A stretch of DNA of 63,192 bases, counting the filler, from Olpidium bornovanus S191 (lineage: Eukaryota > Fungi > Olpidiomycota): NCBI GenBank assembly GCA_017911155.1. It is 29 parts of 29 records of this genome, joined end to end, with 100 filler letters (N's around TTAATTAATTAA, not from the genome) between each part and the next. Parts side by side here need not be neighbours in the genome. Positions count along the whole stretch, not along the records: positions 37,793 to 39,413 come from JAEFCI010001978.1; positions 39,514 to 40,978 come from JAEFCI010011690.1; positions 41,079 to 43,994 come from JAEFCI010004988.1; positions 44,095 to 45,659 come from JAEFCI010000586.1; positions 45,760 to 47,968 come from JAEFCI010007946.1; positions 48,069 to 51,994 come from JAEFCI010005457.1; 23 more parts are not named here. One strand, 5' to 3'. Position 1 is the stretch's first letter; each line of letters opens with the position of its first letter. Positions 37,936-51,100 of the stretch are shown here, piece by piece. The translations under genes were made by a program, and so were the position numbers. The notes under the pieces were generated by a model. It saw only the letters and a program-made list of their open reading frames with translations, ran no database searches and was not told the origin of the DNA.

Positions 37936-39413
37936 ATGAACGTCGACTTCCTGTTTCCGCAGGAGCGCGTGTTCTCCAGCGACGAGGCCGCCCTCGCAAA
38001 GGTGGTTACCCCGGGGGAGCATGTCACCTCGGACACGGCCTTCATGCGGTGAGTGGGCGCCGAAGGAGTAGTCGTCTTCCCTAGACCCTGCGGAAAACAC
38101 ACCGCCGGACAGGGTGCTCGGCCCGCTCTTCACGCTTTATCTTTTCTTTTTTTTTCTCTCTCTTTCTGCCTTTGGGTCCTTTGCGCTGATTTTTTGGGTT
38201 TCACGCAGGGGCCACGGTACATATGCGGACGGGGAGCGCGTCATCGCGTCGGTGGCTGGAACCGTCGAACGGGTCAACAAGTTGCTCTCCGTCAGACCAG
38301 TTCGCTCAAGGCACGCCTTCGAACCTGCTGGTGATTGTGCTTTGCTCGCGAACGGAGACTCAGAACCAGTCGGTCGAGACGCGCCGGTCCTCAAGCGATT
38401 TACCCCTTCTCTCTAAATGCGATTGCAGGTATGTTGGGGAGATTGGCGACGTCGTCGTTGGACGAGTAGCAGAGGTCCAGCAGAAGCGGTGGAAGGTGGA
38501 CATCAACCACCGCTGTGATGCAGTGCTGTTGCTGTCGTCGATAAACCTACCGGGCGGAGTCCAGGTGCGGAGTGGCTGATGTATCTTTACGCCATTTCCT
38601 TCCCTCCATGCGACGACGTTGAAACGAAGTTGGCTTACTCATAGTTTCTTGCCTCATTTTCAGCGACGGAAGTCTGAGTCGGACGAGTTACAGATGAGAA
38701 CATTCTTCGCTGAGGGTGACCTCGTTGTTGTATCCTTTGTGTATCGTTCAGCGCGCGCGGCACTTGGGGCGATTGTAGGAAACGGCGCATAAAAGACACA
38801 TCATCGTTTGCAATTTCGACGTTGTTCTTCGACATTTGCTGCCACTATTTTGCTTTATTATTGGTGCTGCAGGCTGAGATACAAGGATTCTTCAATGACG
38901 GCTCGGCGAGTCTTCACACGCGAAGTCTGAAATACGGCAAGGTGTGCGACCTGTAACTCTGTTGTGGCGGCTCGACCGTGACTCCATCTACCGTACGCCG
39001 CAAACTAACTGCGGTCCGGACCCTCGCTTTAGCTCCGCACCGGAACGTTCGTGACAGTTCCACCGGCGCTTGTGCGGCGCTGTAAGTCCCACTTCCACAG
39101 ACTGTCGATAGGTGTGGACGTAATCCTCGGCCTGAACGGGTACATATGGGTTAGCAAGCACATGGAACCGGTGGAGACCCTGGACCCGGCGGCGATCTAT
39201 TCCAACCAAAACGAGGTGCGAATTGCCGGCCGCCTTTATCCTTCCCGCTTCCCGCGTCTGCAGTTTTAGTACTGTTTGTCGGCCCGCCTGCCTGCCGCTG
39301 ATTTGTTCTAACGACCCGTCGCCTGGCTAAATACCTAGTATATCGAGCCTTCCCTGCGTTCCACCATAGCGCGCGTGTGTAACTGCATCCAAGTGCTGAG
39401 CCGGCAATTCATG
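37936..39413 (+). CDS. RRP4: Exosome subunit Rrp4, 3' truncated, multi-exon
   Basis: VVTPGEHVTSDTAFMR|GHGTY..IASVAGTVERVNKLLSV, YVGEIGDVVVGRV..QQKRWKVDIN, RRKSESDELQMR, SLHTRSLKYGK, ILGLNGYIWVSK. Confidence 0.96.
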
Positions 39414-39626
39414 NNNNNNNNNNNNNNNNNNNNNNNNNNNNNNNNNNNNNNNNNNNNTTAATTAATTAANNNNNNNNNNNNNNNNNNNNNNNNNNNNNNN
39501 NNNNNNNNNNNNNAAAAAAGAAAATTGGAAGAGTCGTAGCTCAGCCGTGCCATTTTGATAATTGCGACTGTCGTTTATTCGCCCCGTTTGAAAATACTAC
39601 TAACGGGAAACAATAAAAAAAATTAG

Positions 39627-40818
39627 GAACGAAGAGCTCGAAGAGCTGTACGTCAAATGCCTCAAATCGTTCATGAACAACCGGGTGGGCCTTTCCGCCG
39701 TACTTGAATGCCCTGGGTCGCTGCTGACAATCGCCATGGCTCTCCGCGCGAGGTCGCTGCGGACGAGGATGTTGGTGCTGGAAATGCTCTCGGCCGTATG
39801 CCTTATCCCCGGCGGACACCGTCCCGTGGTGCAGGCAATGTCAGACCTGGTCGGCTGCCTCGGCGAGCGCGCCAGATTCGAGACCGTCATCAACTGCCTC
39901 AATCTTTACGGGGGCGTCCGCGGCTGGCCCGGACCCAACGAGAGGACGGTCGAGGTTCAGGCTGCGTGCCTTTCTTTTCTTAACTCGCTCATATACGGCG
40001 GGCCCGGAGGCACCAGCCTCGAGTTTCGAATGCACCTGAGGTTTGAGTTCACGATCCTTGGGATTGAAAGCTTACTGCAGGTCAGCAGGTATATGTCACT
40101 GGTGATGTTCCGTCTGATGCCGTTGATGCAGAACCGCAGGCCACGACGATCCTACATGTCATTTGATGCTCGCTTGACAAAACCCCCTCACAGCGTCTTC
40201 GCTCCGTGGTGAATGAGTACCTTGAGACCCAGCTCCACATATACGAGTCCAGGGCGCTGGCAGACGAGGAAGAGGTTGCGGCGAGGGCGGGACTGCCGCT
40301 CGGGGGGTTGCAGCCGTCCGTTTCGACCGAGGCGGGTGTCGCGCCCGTGACGCTCCATGACCCGGAAAAGATCGCGGGGATGTTGATGTCCAGTCTCAGG
40401 CAGACGCGAAGCTGGATACCGTTCGTCAATACTCTGGCGCACGCGCTGCTCCTGCCCTCGAACCCGATCAAGAAGTAAGTGCCCCGGCACTAACTCGCGT
40501 TACCAGGTTGGTGATTCGTTACTCTCACGGCTTTCGCATTCCTCGCCGTTAACTCCCTCCGTAAATTTGCACGCCCAGGCAGAAGTACTGGTGCCTCATC
40601 GAGTCCCTAGTGGTTCAATTGGTGCTTCAGCAAAACGGGAGTGACCCCGACCCCAATTATTCGAAGCTCAAGGTCGACGCCGAGTCCGTCATCGCGCAGA
40701 CGATCGAGGCGGACAGGTTGAAAGAAGTCGAAGAGCGGTTACAGAAGCAGCTGGAAAAGAACGCCCGGATGGAGAGGGAACTCGAAACGAGGAAAGAGGC
40801 GCCGGGCAAGCACGCCCG
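39627..40818 (+). CDS. Formin (diaphanous/SepA-type), GBD/FH3 region fragment, multi-exon
   Basis: LYVKCLKSFMNNRVGL..RTRMLVLEMLSAVCLIPGGHRPVVQAM..ERARFETV; ACLSFLNSL; LEFRMHLRFEFTILG; KYWCLIESLVVQLVLQQNGSDPD followed by coiled coil. Confidence 0.9.
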
Positions 40819-41098
40819 TGAGTGTTGTCTCTTTCGGGTTTTGCCAGGCCTGCGGCGGCCGCCTACTCTGGATGCTGCAATCCACACCACTCGCAAGTTT
40901 GACGCGGGCGCGCTCTTCCCATTTTTTCAGCCGACCTCGAGATAAAACTGACACGGCACCCGCCGTCCGCAAAGCATGNNNNNNNNNNNNNNNNNNNNNN
41001 NNNNNNNNNNNNNNNNNNNNNNTTAATTAATTAANNNNNNNNNNNNNNNNNNNNNNNNNNNNNNNNNNNNNNNNNNNNCCCTGCAACGCATGCATCAT

Positions 41099-42062
41099 TT
41101 ACAACGATTTGATCAAGTTGTTTATGTTCAGGTCGAAGTTTTCGCTCCTTATCGGCATTTCCATGGCATGGAACGGGTTCTAGGATTACGAACCGCGGAG
41201 AAGCGCAAAAAGAAAAGAATAAGCGGCCGGGGCCCGGATTTCCTGCTGCGCTCGCCGTCAAGCGGAAAGTTCCAAGGTTCCGGCTCGCCCTACCTTCATG
41301 ACGTAGTCGGCGTATATCTCGTATATTCGTTGCATTATGCCGCCGATGTTCCCATGCGACGGGGCCGTCACCAGTATGAACTTTGTTCCTAACCGGGTAG
41401 AGGGGTGGGTCGTTCAGTGTCCTTGAACCCGACTCTTCTCACCACCCGCGCACCGACATGATCGAAATGCGGACTTCTGCGCAAGTCGCGACCCCGTTCC
41501 TCACCCGTCAGCGTCTGAAAGTTGTACATCGTGAAAGTGTCTGCTTCTAGCACTTCGATGCCCGTCGACGTGCCAGAAGTCGGGGATATCTTGGAGGTGA
41601 TCGCGTGGACGCTTGGCGCCGCCCGCATAAAGTATTATCAGGCGGTCATCGCGCGCGTAGTCCCCGGCGGACGCTTACGGCAGGAGCGTCCGAGGGGCGT
41701 CCCCCCAAAAAACACTAACCTATGGAAGGTGCCAGCCAGGACGAGGTACTCGTTGCTAGTTAGCCTTGCGAGGCCCTGGGTGTAGTCCTTCTGGTAGGCC
41801 AGCCCTCCGGCCTGGGGGTTTCCGGGGGAAGCGACGCCCGGGGAACCGGGACCGGTCGCATTTTTGTCGGTCAACCTGTCAGCCTAGAGGAATACCCTGG
41901 GGGCGGAAACGTGCGTGGGGTGCCAAATCGCACGGCACGGCGCGCCCACTTTGCCGCCCGTTGTTTCCGCCGGGGAGGGGCGAGGGGCCCGCGATTTTTT
42001 TTTTTTTTTTTTTTTTTTTTTTCTGTCACCTTGTTGATGATGTACAGGGAATAGACCGTCAT
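41099..42062 (-). CDS. TRS23: TRAPP complex subunit Trs23/TRAPPC4, complete, multi-exon
   Basis: MTVYSLYIINK|AGGLAYQKDY..LTSNEYLVLAGTFH|SVHAITSKISP..GIEVLEADTF..FQTLTG|TKFILV..IYEIYADYVMK|NPFHAMEMPIRSENFD. Confidence 0.95.
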
Positions 42063-44112
42063 TTTCCGGTTTGCCGTTCCACGCCAAGCGCCAGCGCCGC
42101 GAAGCTCCGCGCGCGCGGGCCGGTGGCTCGCTCGCCTGCGGTTCCGCAGCGGCCCGCGCTGTGCTGCGAGCGGTCCTGCTGCTCCACGGGAAGAGGCGTT
42201 CCTTGTCGCAGTGCGCGGCGGTGTCGCGGCACAGTCCGCCGGCCCGCAGCAAGTCAAAACCGGGTCCGCCTTCTCTCCCCCGCGCGCGTCACGGTACAAA
42301 GAGATCCTTCCTGACGAAACGGCATTTACGCACGCACACACAACTCCGCCGCCCTCTCTTCTCTCTGGTCTCTCCCTCTTGCGCTCTGCTGCGCTCTTGC
42401 GGGCAAGGGCGCCGGGCGCGCGCTTCGGGCGCGCGGGAGGGCTGGGCGTGCAAATGGGTTCTTAAACAGCAAAAAGATAAGAAACGCGTTGTTGCTTCCT
42501 CGACGAAAACGCCCCCGCGGAGACAAAACTTTCGTTAAGAAAAACAATGAGTAGTTTCGACACGCTGCCAACGGCAATACCGTCAGGCTTTATTGCCACA
42601 ACGACCAACGGCCGAAAGCGGCCCTGGCACCCTTCGTGTTCAGTCCACATCGTCTGGCACAAAGAAATCTGCCAACCAAACGTGTTTCGTCAATCGTCGC
42701 GAGAGCCCATGTGCGTTTGAAATTCGCTCTAATTGGGGCGATCCTTCGCCCCAAGGGCAACCGCGCTGGCAAAGCCCCTTGTTGGATTAGTCTCAATGTT
42801 CTCGTTGGTATCACTGTCCATGGAATCGACCTAAACCATCACACGGTCAGGCGTTTCCCGGCACTCATACACAAAATGAGGTAAGATGTCATATTGTAGG
42901 AATTATATCCACGCTGTTTACTGGTAGAGTTCCCACTAATCTTAAACTGTTGCCTGGTTTTTTGCCATCTGCTTGTGCTTTTTGTAGGATTTTAACCTCT
43001 TTCAACACAAACACTATGGCCACCTTTTTCTGATCCGCACGTGTTTCCACACTGACTCAAACTTTCACCTTGTCGCCTTTTCCTATCTTGGAAAACTTTG
43101 TGAGTTCCCCTGAAGGATTGGAAACTTTAGGGTCCAGGCAGGTGTCGGTGACATGGTACCTGGCACGACGGAGGAGCTCCTCTGGGTCTGCTCTTGGAAA
43201 GACGGCACTGGGAAGAGTACGCATCCCCTGGACTTCCTGAAAATATGCCTTGTGGTATATTTTTGGGAACATGCCTGAGTATTCTAACCTGAGGGGATGG
43301 AGCCGAGGCAGGCTAAAAAGAACTCAAAAGCAGATTCAGTAAAATATAACAAGCGCTCCAAGTCCCTGCAGATGGTTCAATACTTACCCTCCGACAAAAA
43401 TTCTAGCCTTGTTCAAATCGGAGGAAACGTCAACAATCAGGGCTTCCAGTCTACCCAGGTGAGTGGTGGTCACCAGCAGACTGCGACCTGCCTGGTGGAG
43501 GGACATGGTGCCGATATTGGTTCCTTGAAAGCTATGGGGGTAAAACGATTGTGTGAGACGTCAGGGGTTTAGAATCAAGAGGTAAGACACATGTTTATTG
43601 CAAGTAAAACTTACATTTCCTCACCTGAAGCACCGATGTAATTGCCATACAGCCCAGAGATCAGACGAACAAGAATTTCGGCAGGGAAGCAAATTTCGAA
43701 AGGTCGGTAGCCGCCGTCGATTTTTCTAAGTATTTTGACTGGCATGAGATTTCGAAGACGGACGGAGGACCCCACCAGCTCGAAGGCAGGTGTTCCGTCT
43801 GATGATTTTGCCAAGGAATCCGGAGACAGAAGCTCACCGTCCTCTATGGAGGACTGGGAGAACACGTCAGAGGACCGAGGGAATGCGTCGGAAAAGCCTT
43901 CAACATCTTGTACAGACGACGTGTCCATGGGAGAGTAAGGCAGAGAAAGGGAGGAGGCCATGGGAGACTCGGAGGAAAAAAAAAAATAAACAGGNNNNNN
44001 NNNNNNNNNNNNNNNNNNNNNNNNNNNNNNNNNNNNNNTTAATTAATTAANNNNNNNNNNNNNNNNNNNNNNNNNNNNNNNNNNNNNNNNNNNNGGGGGG
44101 CCCCCCCCCGGG

Positions 44113-44150
<38 letters not shown>

Positions 44151-44214
44151 AGAGGCCGAGCCCCGTCCGCCTCGCCAGGAAAAAAAGAAACGCCACCCCG
44201 CGCACGCAGCACAC

Positions 44215-45210
44215 ATGGCGCCGTACGTCAAAGTCCTGTCGACAGACGGGAAGTTTCACGGGCCGATCAGCGCGGCCGTGACGCTGGAGCAGGTCGCCAG
44301 GTGGCTCCGGCTGCCCGGAACGATCTCGCTGCGTTCGCTGGTCCTGCGCGAACCCGGCGAGGACCCCGAGGTCATCGAGGACCCCGACTTCCTCGTGCCG
44401 CCGGGCGTCTACGAGGTCGTCCGCGGCGACTGCAGCGACGACCCCGGAGTCGGCCGCGGGCGAAAGAAGAAGACGAAAGCGGAGGAAGTGAGGCTCCAGG
44501 CGAGGATCAGGAGGGAGGTCTCGCAGTTTGAGCGGAAGAGTGCGCAACCGACGCGGCCGCACGAGGAAGCCGGCGGCGGCGGGGGCGAGGAGGCGACGCG
44601 CAGGGCTGCGGTGGTCTCCGCGGAGACGCCGAACCTGGGCGAGCGCGAAGTCCGGCGCAAGTTGGAAGATGCTCTGCGTGCGGTCTACCAGCAGGTGGCC
44701 TTAAAGACAGAAGCTGCGTTGAGTGGCAGCTCTGCCGGCCCTGACGATTTAACGCCTTTGCTTCGAGAGGTGGAGTATTGCTTCCTCGACCTCGTCGACC
44801 TGATCGAAGAGGCAGCTTGCATTGCAGGTCCTGGGAGCCGGCCGCTCGTGGAGCACATTACCAGTGAATCTGTGCGAAGAACGCTCAAGTTCCTGTATAT
44901 TAAGCTGGTGGAGATCCACAGGATGCTGGAAACGGCTTCCTGCACTGTTTTGGACGAGGGATCCAAAGATCCTTCCGGGAAAAAGGGTACGATGATGTTA
45001 ATTGCCACGATGACACATTTCTGTTTTGTATCCCATGTCCAACCGATCGAGGATGCCGCCTACCCGATCAAGTCAAACAACCGGACAGCACGTCTACGCT
45101 GCAAACAACGCATCGACCCGGGCACCGCCTGCCCAATCCCTGGCGCATCGATAAGATCGACCACAAGAAACAGTCATCCGTTGAAGGTCTCAATTTTGCC
45201 AGCTTCCTGA
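44215..45210 (+). CDS. Hypothetical protein, 331-codon uninterrupted ORF
   Basis: Long ORF with protein-like composition and GC3 bias in its first two-thirds; no family recognised; the last ~70 codons may be intron. Confidence 0.5.
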   Translation: MAPYVKVLSTDGKFHGPISAAVTLEQVARWLRLPGTISLRSLVLREPGEDPEVIEDPDFLVPPGVYEVVRGDCSDDPGVGRGRKKKTKAEEVRLQARIRREVSQFERKSAQPTRPHEEAGGGGGEEATRRAAVVSAETPNLGEREVRRKLEDALRAVYQQVALKTEAALSGSSAGPDDLTPLLREVEYCFLDLVDLIEEAACIAGPGSRPLVEHITSESVRRTLKFLYIKLVEIHRMLETASCTVLDEGSKDPSGKKGTMMLIATMTHFCFVSHVQPIEDAAYPIKSNNRTARLRCKQRIDPGTACPIPGASIRSTTRNSHPLKVSILPAS

Positions 45211-45212
45211 AC

Positions 45213-45659
45213 ATGCTGACATCGTGGAGAGACGATTACCTTTCTCGAGAACCCACGCGGTACAACCATCCCACAGACTACATGAACCCGGAAGCCCAGA
45301 AGCGCGGCGCGCACTTTGCAGACAGGGTGCACTCGATCAGAAGAGTGATCGCCATCACGACGTCGTCGCGCGAGCGGCGCAAGTCGCCTGTCCACAGCCA
45401 CCGCGTCCAGCCCGTCTACCTTTTCCGCCACGTGGCCGCGCCGTCGGCGTTTCCGCCGGTTCGGGACCCGTCGTTCGGGACCTACCATCTGGACACCGGC
45501 CATTGCCTGCGGGAAGCCCGCAAGCGCTTCGTGGACGCCATGGTCGCCACCGGCAGCCACCGTGACGAGGAACTCACCGCCCTGATCAACGTCGTCACGG
45601 ACCTGGAAGCGGCCGCCGCGCGGCGCCGATGCCATAGAGATGTTGTTTACCCGTCGCAA
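45213..45659 (+). CDS. Hypothetical protein fragment, possibly a further exon of the upstream ORF
   Basis: Open to the contig end, strong GC3 bias; no family recognised. Confidence 0.45.
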
Positions 45660-45976
45660 NNNNNNNNNNNNNNNNNNNNNNNNNNNNNNNNNNNNNNNNN
45701 NNNTTAATTAATTAANNNNNNNNNNNNNNNNNNNNNNNNNNNNNNNNNNNNNNNNNNNNCGCAGCGGTGTTCGGTTGCTGCGCGGCGGCGCAGGAAATGG
45801 CGCGGCGGGCAAACAGCGGCGATGGGCGACGGGGTTGCGCTCTTCAGGAGCGTTTTTGGAAGGATGGCGCGGCGGCGCCGAGGGTGCGCTCTTCGGGAGC
45901 GCTGTTTTTTGTTTTTTTTTTTTTTTTTTTTTTTTTTTCGCCCCCCCGGCCCCCCCCCTTTTTTCCCCCCCCTTTT

Positions 45977-46013
<37 letters not shown>

Positions 46014-46131
46014 CTCTTCTGTCCGCGTCGGGGGCGGGGGAAGGGGGGGATTCTCCTTCACCGGGCGAGGAGGGAATGAGGAAACCGGGGGCGCGAGAGC
46101 GCGCGCGGGGGCGGGAGAGAGACGGTCTCAC

Positions 46132-46167
<36 letters not shown>

Positions 46168-47166
46168 TTTTTTCTTCTTTCCCCCGGCCGTCCTTTCCTC
46201 CCCCCCCGCCCCCCTTTTCCACGCGAGAAACTCCAAAAAAAAAAAATCATTATTATAAGGGGTAAAAACAGCTGCAACACAGCCACAACTTCCCCGGCAG
46301 GGGACAGGCCCGAAAGCGACGACGTTATGCCCGCCACGCGGCGCCCGCGCGCGCGCACCGGCCGCCACGCGGCGGTTCAGGCGGCAGCCCCTTGCGCCCC
46401 CCGCGAAGCGTCAAACGCGGGCTCTTTCTGTCTCTCTCTCTCTCTCTTACTCTTTCTCTCTTCTCTCCCTCTTTCTCTCTGGTCGCCGCGCTCCCGTTCG
46501 CAAACGGACGAAAAAAAAAAAACCAAATCGAAAATCGCGGTCGAAACCAAATCGAAAATCGCGGTCGAGCCGGCCGTGTCGAGCGGCGGGCACTGTCCTT
46601 TTTCTTCTTCTTTTTCTCTTCTCTGTGCCGTTTTTTTGTTTTTTTTTTTTTTTGAGGAAGGGGGTTTTGCACTGCGCGAGAAATGATTCATTTCAACCCT
46701 CCCCGCTGACAAATGTTCAAAAAAAAAAATAATGGGGGGGGGCAGAAAAGTCAAAAAAAAAACCATTCCTGAAAAACGACGCCTGCCCGTTGGCGCCGGA
46801 ATGAGTAATGATAGAAGCCCGATTGCTCTCCCGACTTGCGCTTCGAGCAAAAAAGGTCCGTTGGCCTTTGCCGGCGAAGAAGAGGAGGTGGGGGGGAAGA
46901 GGGGGGGGGGCTTCTTCAGCTTCTCGGAACATTTCCCCGTTAGCAGCGAAAACCAAAATCGTGGCCTTCGGCCGGTCCTTGGTCAGGTGAGCTTTTTTTT
47001 TTTTTTTTTTGAACGGAATGGCCAGAAAAACGCGGGACGTTTTCGCCGCCTCTCCTCCTTTGAGCCCCCCTCTGCTGCGCGGTCGTTTCCCTCGTCGGGA
47101 GCCACCTCCATAATGTCAGAATTCAGACTAGCCAATCACGTGACCTCCCTTCGGCTGTTGTAACCG

Positions 47167-47968
47167 TGTAGTCGCAGTACTTCCCTCTTATTCCCGTAGT
47201 CCCGAATAAACCACAAAGGCTTTTCTCACAGGTTATGAGCCCAAGGGCACCCTACCCGTGAGCAGCCCAGCCCCGCCGCGCCATCGCCGTGCGCGCAGAA
47301 GAGGAGCAGCAGAAGGAGCGCCACCGCCGCGCACCCGCCGCGCGCCGTTGCCGCCGTCGTCGCGCAAGGACCTCGCCGCACCGCTGCTTCCCGCCATCCC
47401 GGCGACACGCAGCGCGCCGTTGCCACCGTCGTCGCGCAAGGACCTCGCCGCACCGCTGCTTCCCGCCATCCCGGCGACACGCAGCGCGCCGTTGCCACCG
47501 TCGTCGCGCAAGGACCTCGCCGCTCCGCTGCTTCCCGCCATCCCGGCGACACGCAGCACCGCCGTCGCGCAACCGCCTCGCAACCACCGCCGCGCAACCG
47601 CCGCGCGCCGCCGCACGTCATCGCCGCGCAATCGCCGCGCGCCATCGCCGCGCAACCGCCGCGCGCCATCGCCGCGCAACAACCGCGCGCCACCACGGCC
47701 ACCGGCTCGCCACCGCCGCTGCTTCTCGCCATCTCGGCGACACGCAGTACGCCGACCGCCACGCCACCGCCGCTGCTTCTCGCCATCTCGGTGACACGCA
47801 GCACACCTCCAGGCGCCACCAAGAACTCTGAGAAGTTGTCTCCATCTCACCCCCGTTCTTCTTTACGAAGAGAACGAGGCAGCGGACAAGTGCTGACGAA
47901 AACGAAAGCCATCAAAATTGATATTCCCTGACTTCAGAACACTAAGCCGTCAACCATGTCTAACCGCC
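47167..47968 (+). mobile_element. 5' end of a Ty1/copia (Ty5-like) element: short LTR-like segment, half-tRNAiMet PBS, repeat-rich leader
   Basis: ...CTCACA at 47230 directly followed by GGTTATGAGCCC (47231-47242), the complement of the tRNAiMet anticodon stem-loop used by Ty5/copia; left LTR boundary uncertain (47156-47167). Confidence 0.7.
47341..47556. repeat. 72-bp GC-rich tandem repeat, 3 copies
   Basis: CGCGCCGTTGCC recurs at 47341, 47413 and 47485. Confidence 0.92.
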
Positions 47969-48132
47969 NNNNNNNNNNNNNNNNNNNNNNNNNNNNNNNN
48001 NNNNNNNNNNNNTTAATTAATTAANNNNNNNNNNNNNNNNNNNNNNNNNNNNNNNNNNNNNNNNNNNNCATGTCTTGCGGTGGGATTTACGCGCGGTGGG
48101 ATTTACGCGATTTTCCCGTCTTCTCTCCGCAG

Positions 48133-51100
48133 TTCGGATTCTGGACGACGCGGTCACGGTGTTGCGCCCGTGCCTCGTAACCCCTTGGTGGGAGCGCAAC
48201 GTCTCCGCGACGTTCCTAGCGGAGCAGTTTTTGCAGCAAGACATTCCCCCAATGGAACCGAGGTTCGCCTGGTGGACGATGGAGAAGCGGCTTTGGAGAA
48301 CATGGGCATCACAACGACGCGTATCAATAAGCAGTACATTGAGCCGACAGATTACCTACCCCCCCGCTCGGAGTGGGTGTCATTCGGCGGGCCTGCATCG
48401 AGTCGGGGGAATGTTATCTGGTTTGCGTAAGGAGCAATATGGAGACCGGAAAGTCAGAAGCTTTGAGGGAATTAGTTGGCGACTCGCGGGACCAGGACCT
48501 TGCGCTGGTAGGAGGCGGCATCGGGCGACGTCTCGCGGAGCGCACCGCCGCCGTACGGCGGGATCTCAACTGCTTTCTAGATTGTGGGGACGCAGCGCAA
48601 CGTCCAACGGTCCTCGCCGTGACGGCGAGGATTTTGTTTGCGGACTGGCAGTACGGTGGCACCTGCAGGACTACCGGCTACTTGCGGCCGCAGCAGACAG
48701 GGACAACGCGAGGTGCGCACAGCTTTTTCTCCCGTAACTTCTACTCCTAATCGCTGGTATTATCTAACCCGCTGCCGCCCCCTTCAGGTGGTTGCGCGGG
48801 GGTCGTCGCGGGCCGGAACCCCCGAACGCGTCCGCTCGCATGGCTTCGGCCCCTCACCTCGCCATTTGCTCCACCTCCCTCTCCAACCTGAATCCCACGG
48901 AGCACAATTGGGAGATCGTCGCTATTGATGAACGTAGGTTGGGCAGTGGGGTCGGAGGTTACGTTCTCTAACAGCTCTTAACAGCAACGTCCCCGACACG
49001 TGGTTCCCCTACGATTTAGGTCGGCAAGTCGCCGACCACAATGTGTCGGAAATCGTAATCGGCGAGCTGCACAAAGTCTCGAAGACAATGCGGTCCCTGG
49101 TGAAAACCGCAAAACTCACCATTGTTGCTGCAGCTGACCTGGATGCCGAGTCGTTGCGCGTAATGTTTCCCGGGAGGGACTGGAAGGACCCGGCGAAGGT
49201 GAACTCGGTTCGATCGCGTGTAGTGTTGCTTACGTGTGCTCACGCTTTTGCTCGCCCGGCGATCATCAAGGCGCGGCTAGTGATAAACGAGGGCCGCGCG
49301 GGGGCGCTGCAGGGACACCTCTGTGTGACGATACCTTCGCTTGAACCCGCAGTCCGGGCGCTTGACGCGTTGCTACAGGCGGGGAAGCGGGGGTTCGTCC
49401 CCTGTGGGACTGTCGCGGTCCAGCAGGCCGTGGTCTCCTACGTGCAGCGGTGGTTTCCACAAGTTCGGGTGCTCGGCGTAAACAAGTCGAGTCCCGCAGA
49501 CGTCAAGGCAAACCTCGCGAGTGACGACCCGACGCAGTGGATTCGCGATGTAAGTTATAGCACCCGCTCGACGGTCGGAAGTTGTAGCCCTATAACTCCC
49601 GCTCCGGCGCGTTTAGGAGGAAATCCAAGTTCTCGTCGTGACACCGGTAATCTCGACGGGGTTCAGCATCGATGGGGGATGGTTTGACATTCTGGTCGCT
49701 TTTTTCCCGACGCTGCCCGCCATCCCGGCGACAAAGTTACAGTTCGTTGCGCGAGTGCGTGGATTCCCATCGAAAGTAGGTTGTAGTGGGTTGTAGTGGG
49801 CGCTCGGCCCGAAGTGTCCGGTTACTAAGTACCGTGCTATTGCGCGCAGGTGATCTTCGTGTGGTACGAAGAATGGGTGCCGTGCGCCACGGAACGTCTG
49901 CGGTCCGGCTCCAGCTTGGCGTTCACGGCGCGCCAATTCGTGGAGGCCGCCGACGCGTATGACGAGTCGGTGGAGGACCTTCTCGGCGGGCTCATCGACG
50001 AAATTCGCGACGTTGGCTGGCGCAGGTAAGGCACGGCAGGATTCACGAGCGGGAAAATGCTATGCCTTACATACAAATAATTCATTGTTATTCCTAACGC
50101 TAGATTCGCCGCCGTACGCGCCGCCGAGGAGCGTTAAATGAGAACGCTGGGGCCGGGCAAGTTCTACGTCGGAATAGAGGAGAAGACTGGTAGACAACCG
50201 ATGCCTCTTTCGGGGTACCTCGCACATCCAACCGGCCGCTGGCTGAGGACCGCGCTCGCATCCCAACTTTGGAGGGACGGGCGGGGCACGCTGGCCCTCC
50301 GCCAGGAGCAAATGCAGCTCTCCGCGGCTCGCAGAGATGACGTGCGAGCGTTCCGCACGGAGGACGACCTACGCGCTCGGGAAGCACGAGATGAGAGAAC
50401 TCCCGCGGCTGCGTTGGCGCTCGCCATTTTCCGCGTAAGAGCCCGGCTAGTCTGTGACGTTATAGCGCGATAACGTGCGTGGCTGACGATTTTAATTTTA
50501 ACGGGGTTCAGGACACGTCCTTTCCACCAGGGGTGTTGTCAGCAAAGGAGGCCCAGTCGGCCTCCTTCCGGCGCACCATTCGGACGCTGGCGGACAGCCT
50601 CCTCGTTCTGCTTGACGCAGACCTTGCGGCGCGGTCGTTAGCTGAACACGACCGGAGACTCGCAATTGGTACAATGGGGGCCGCCGTGGCAACAAGCAAG
50701 CGGCGCCTCTTTTTGACAGAATTGGATAAGCTCGTGGCCAAGCTGGTCCTGGTGGGCGTCGGTGCGCCGGAGGCTGGTCCTCCTGACGAGCGGAACAAGC
50801 TCCTTTGCCTGCTGTGTCGAGCCTATGATGAGGCGCGCGACACCACTGAATTCGAGGTAGACAGCAACGGGTTCACCGTTGCTGATGAGATCCGACTGTA
50901 TCTCGCCTTACCATTCCAACGGGAGCTCATCAGCTCGCTGGATGCGCTAGACATCGGCGAAGCCTCGATCAAGTTCCTGCGCCACATGGCGGCATCGAAC
51001 GACGAGCGCGTCCACCCGAAGGATTACCGAAGTGCGGTGACATACGTTTTTGGGCCGCGTCGCCAGGGAATGGCGCCAGGGAATGGTGTGTACTGATGCT

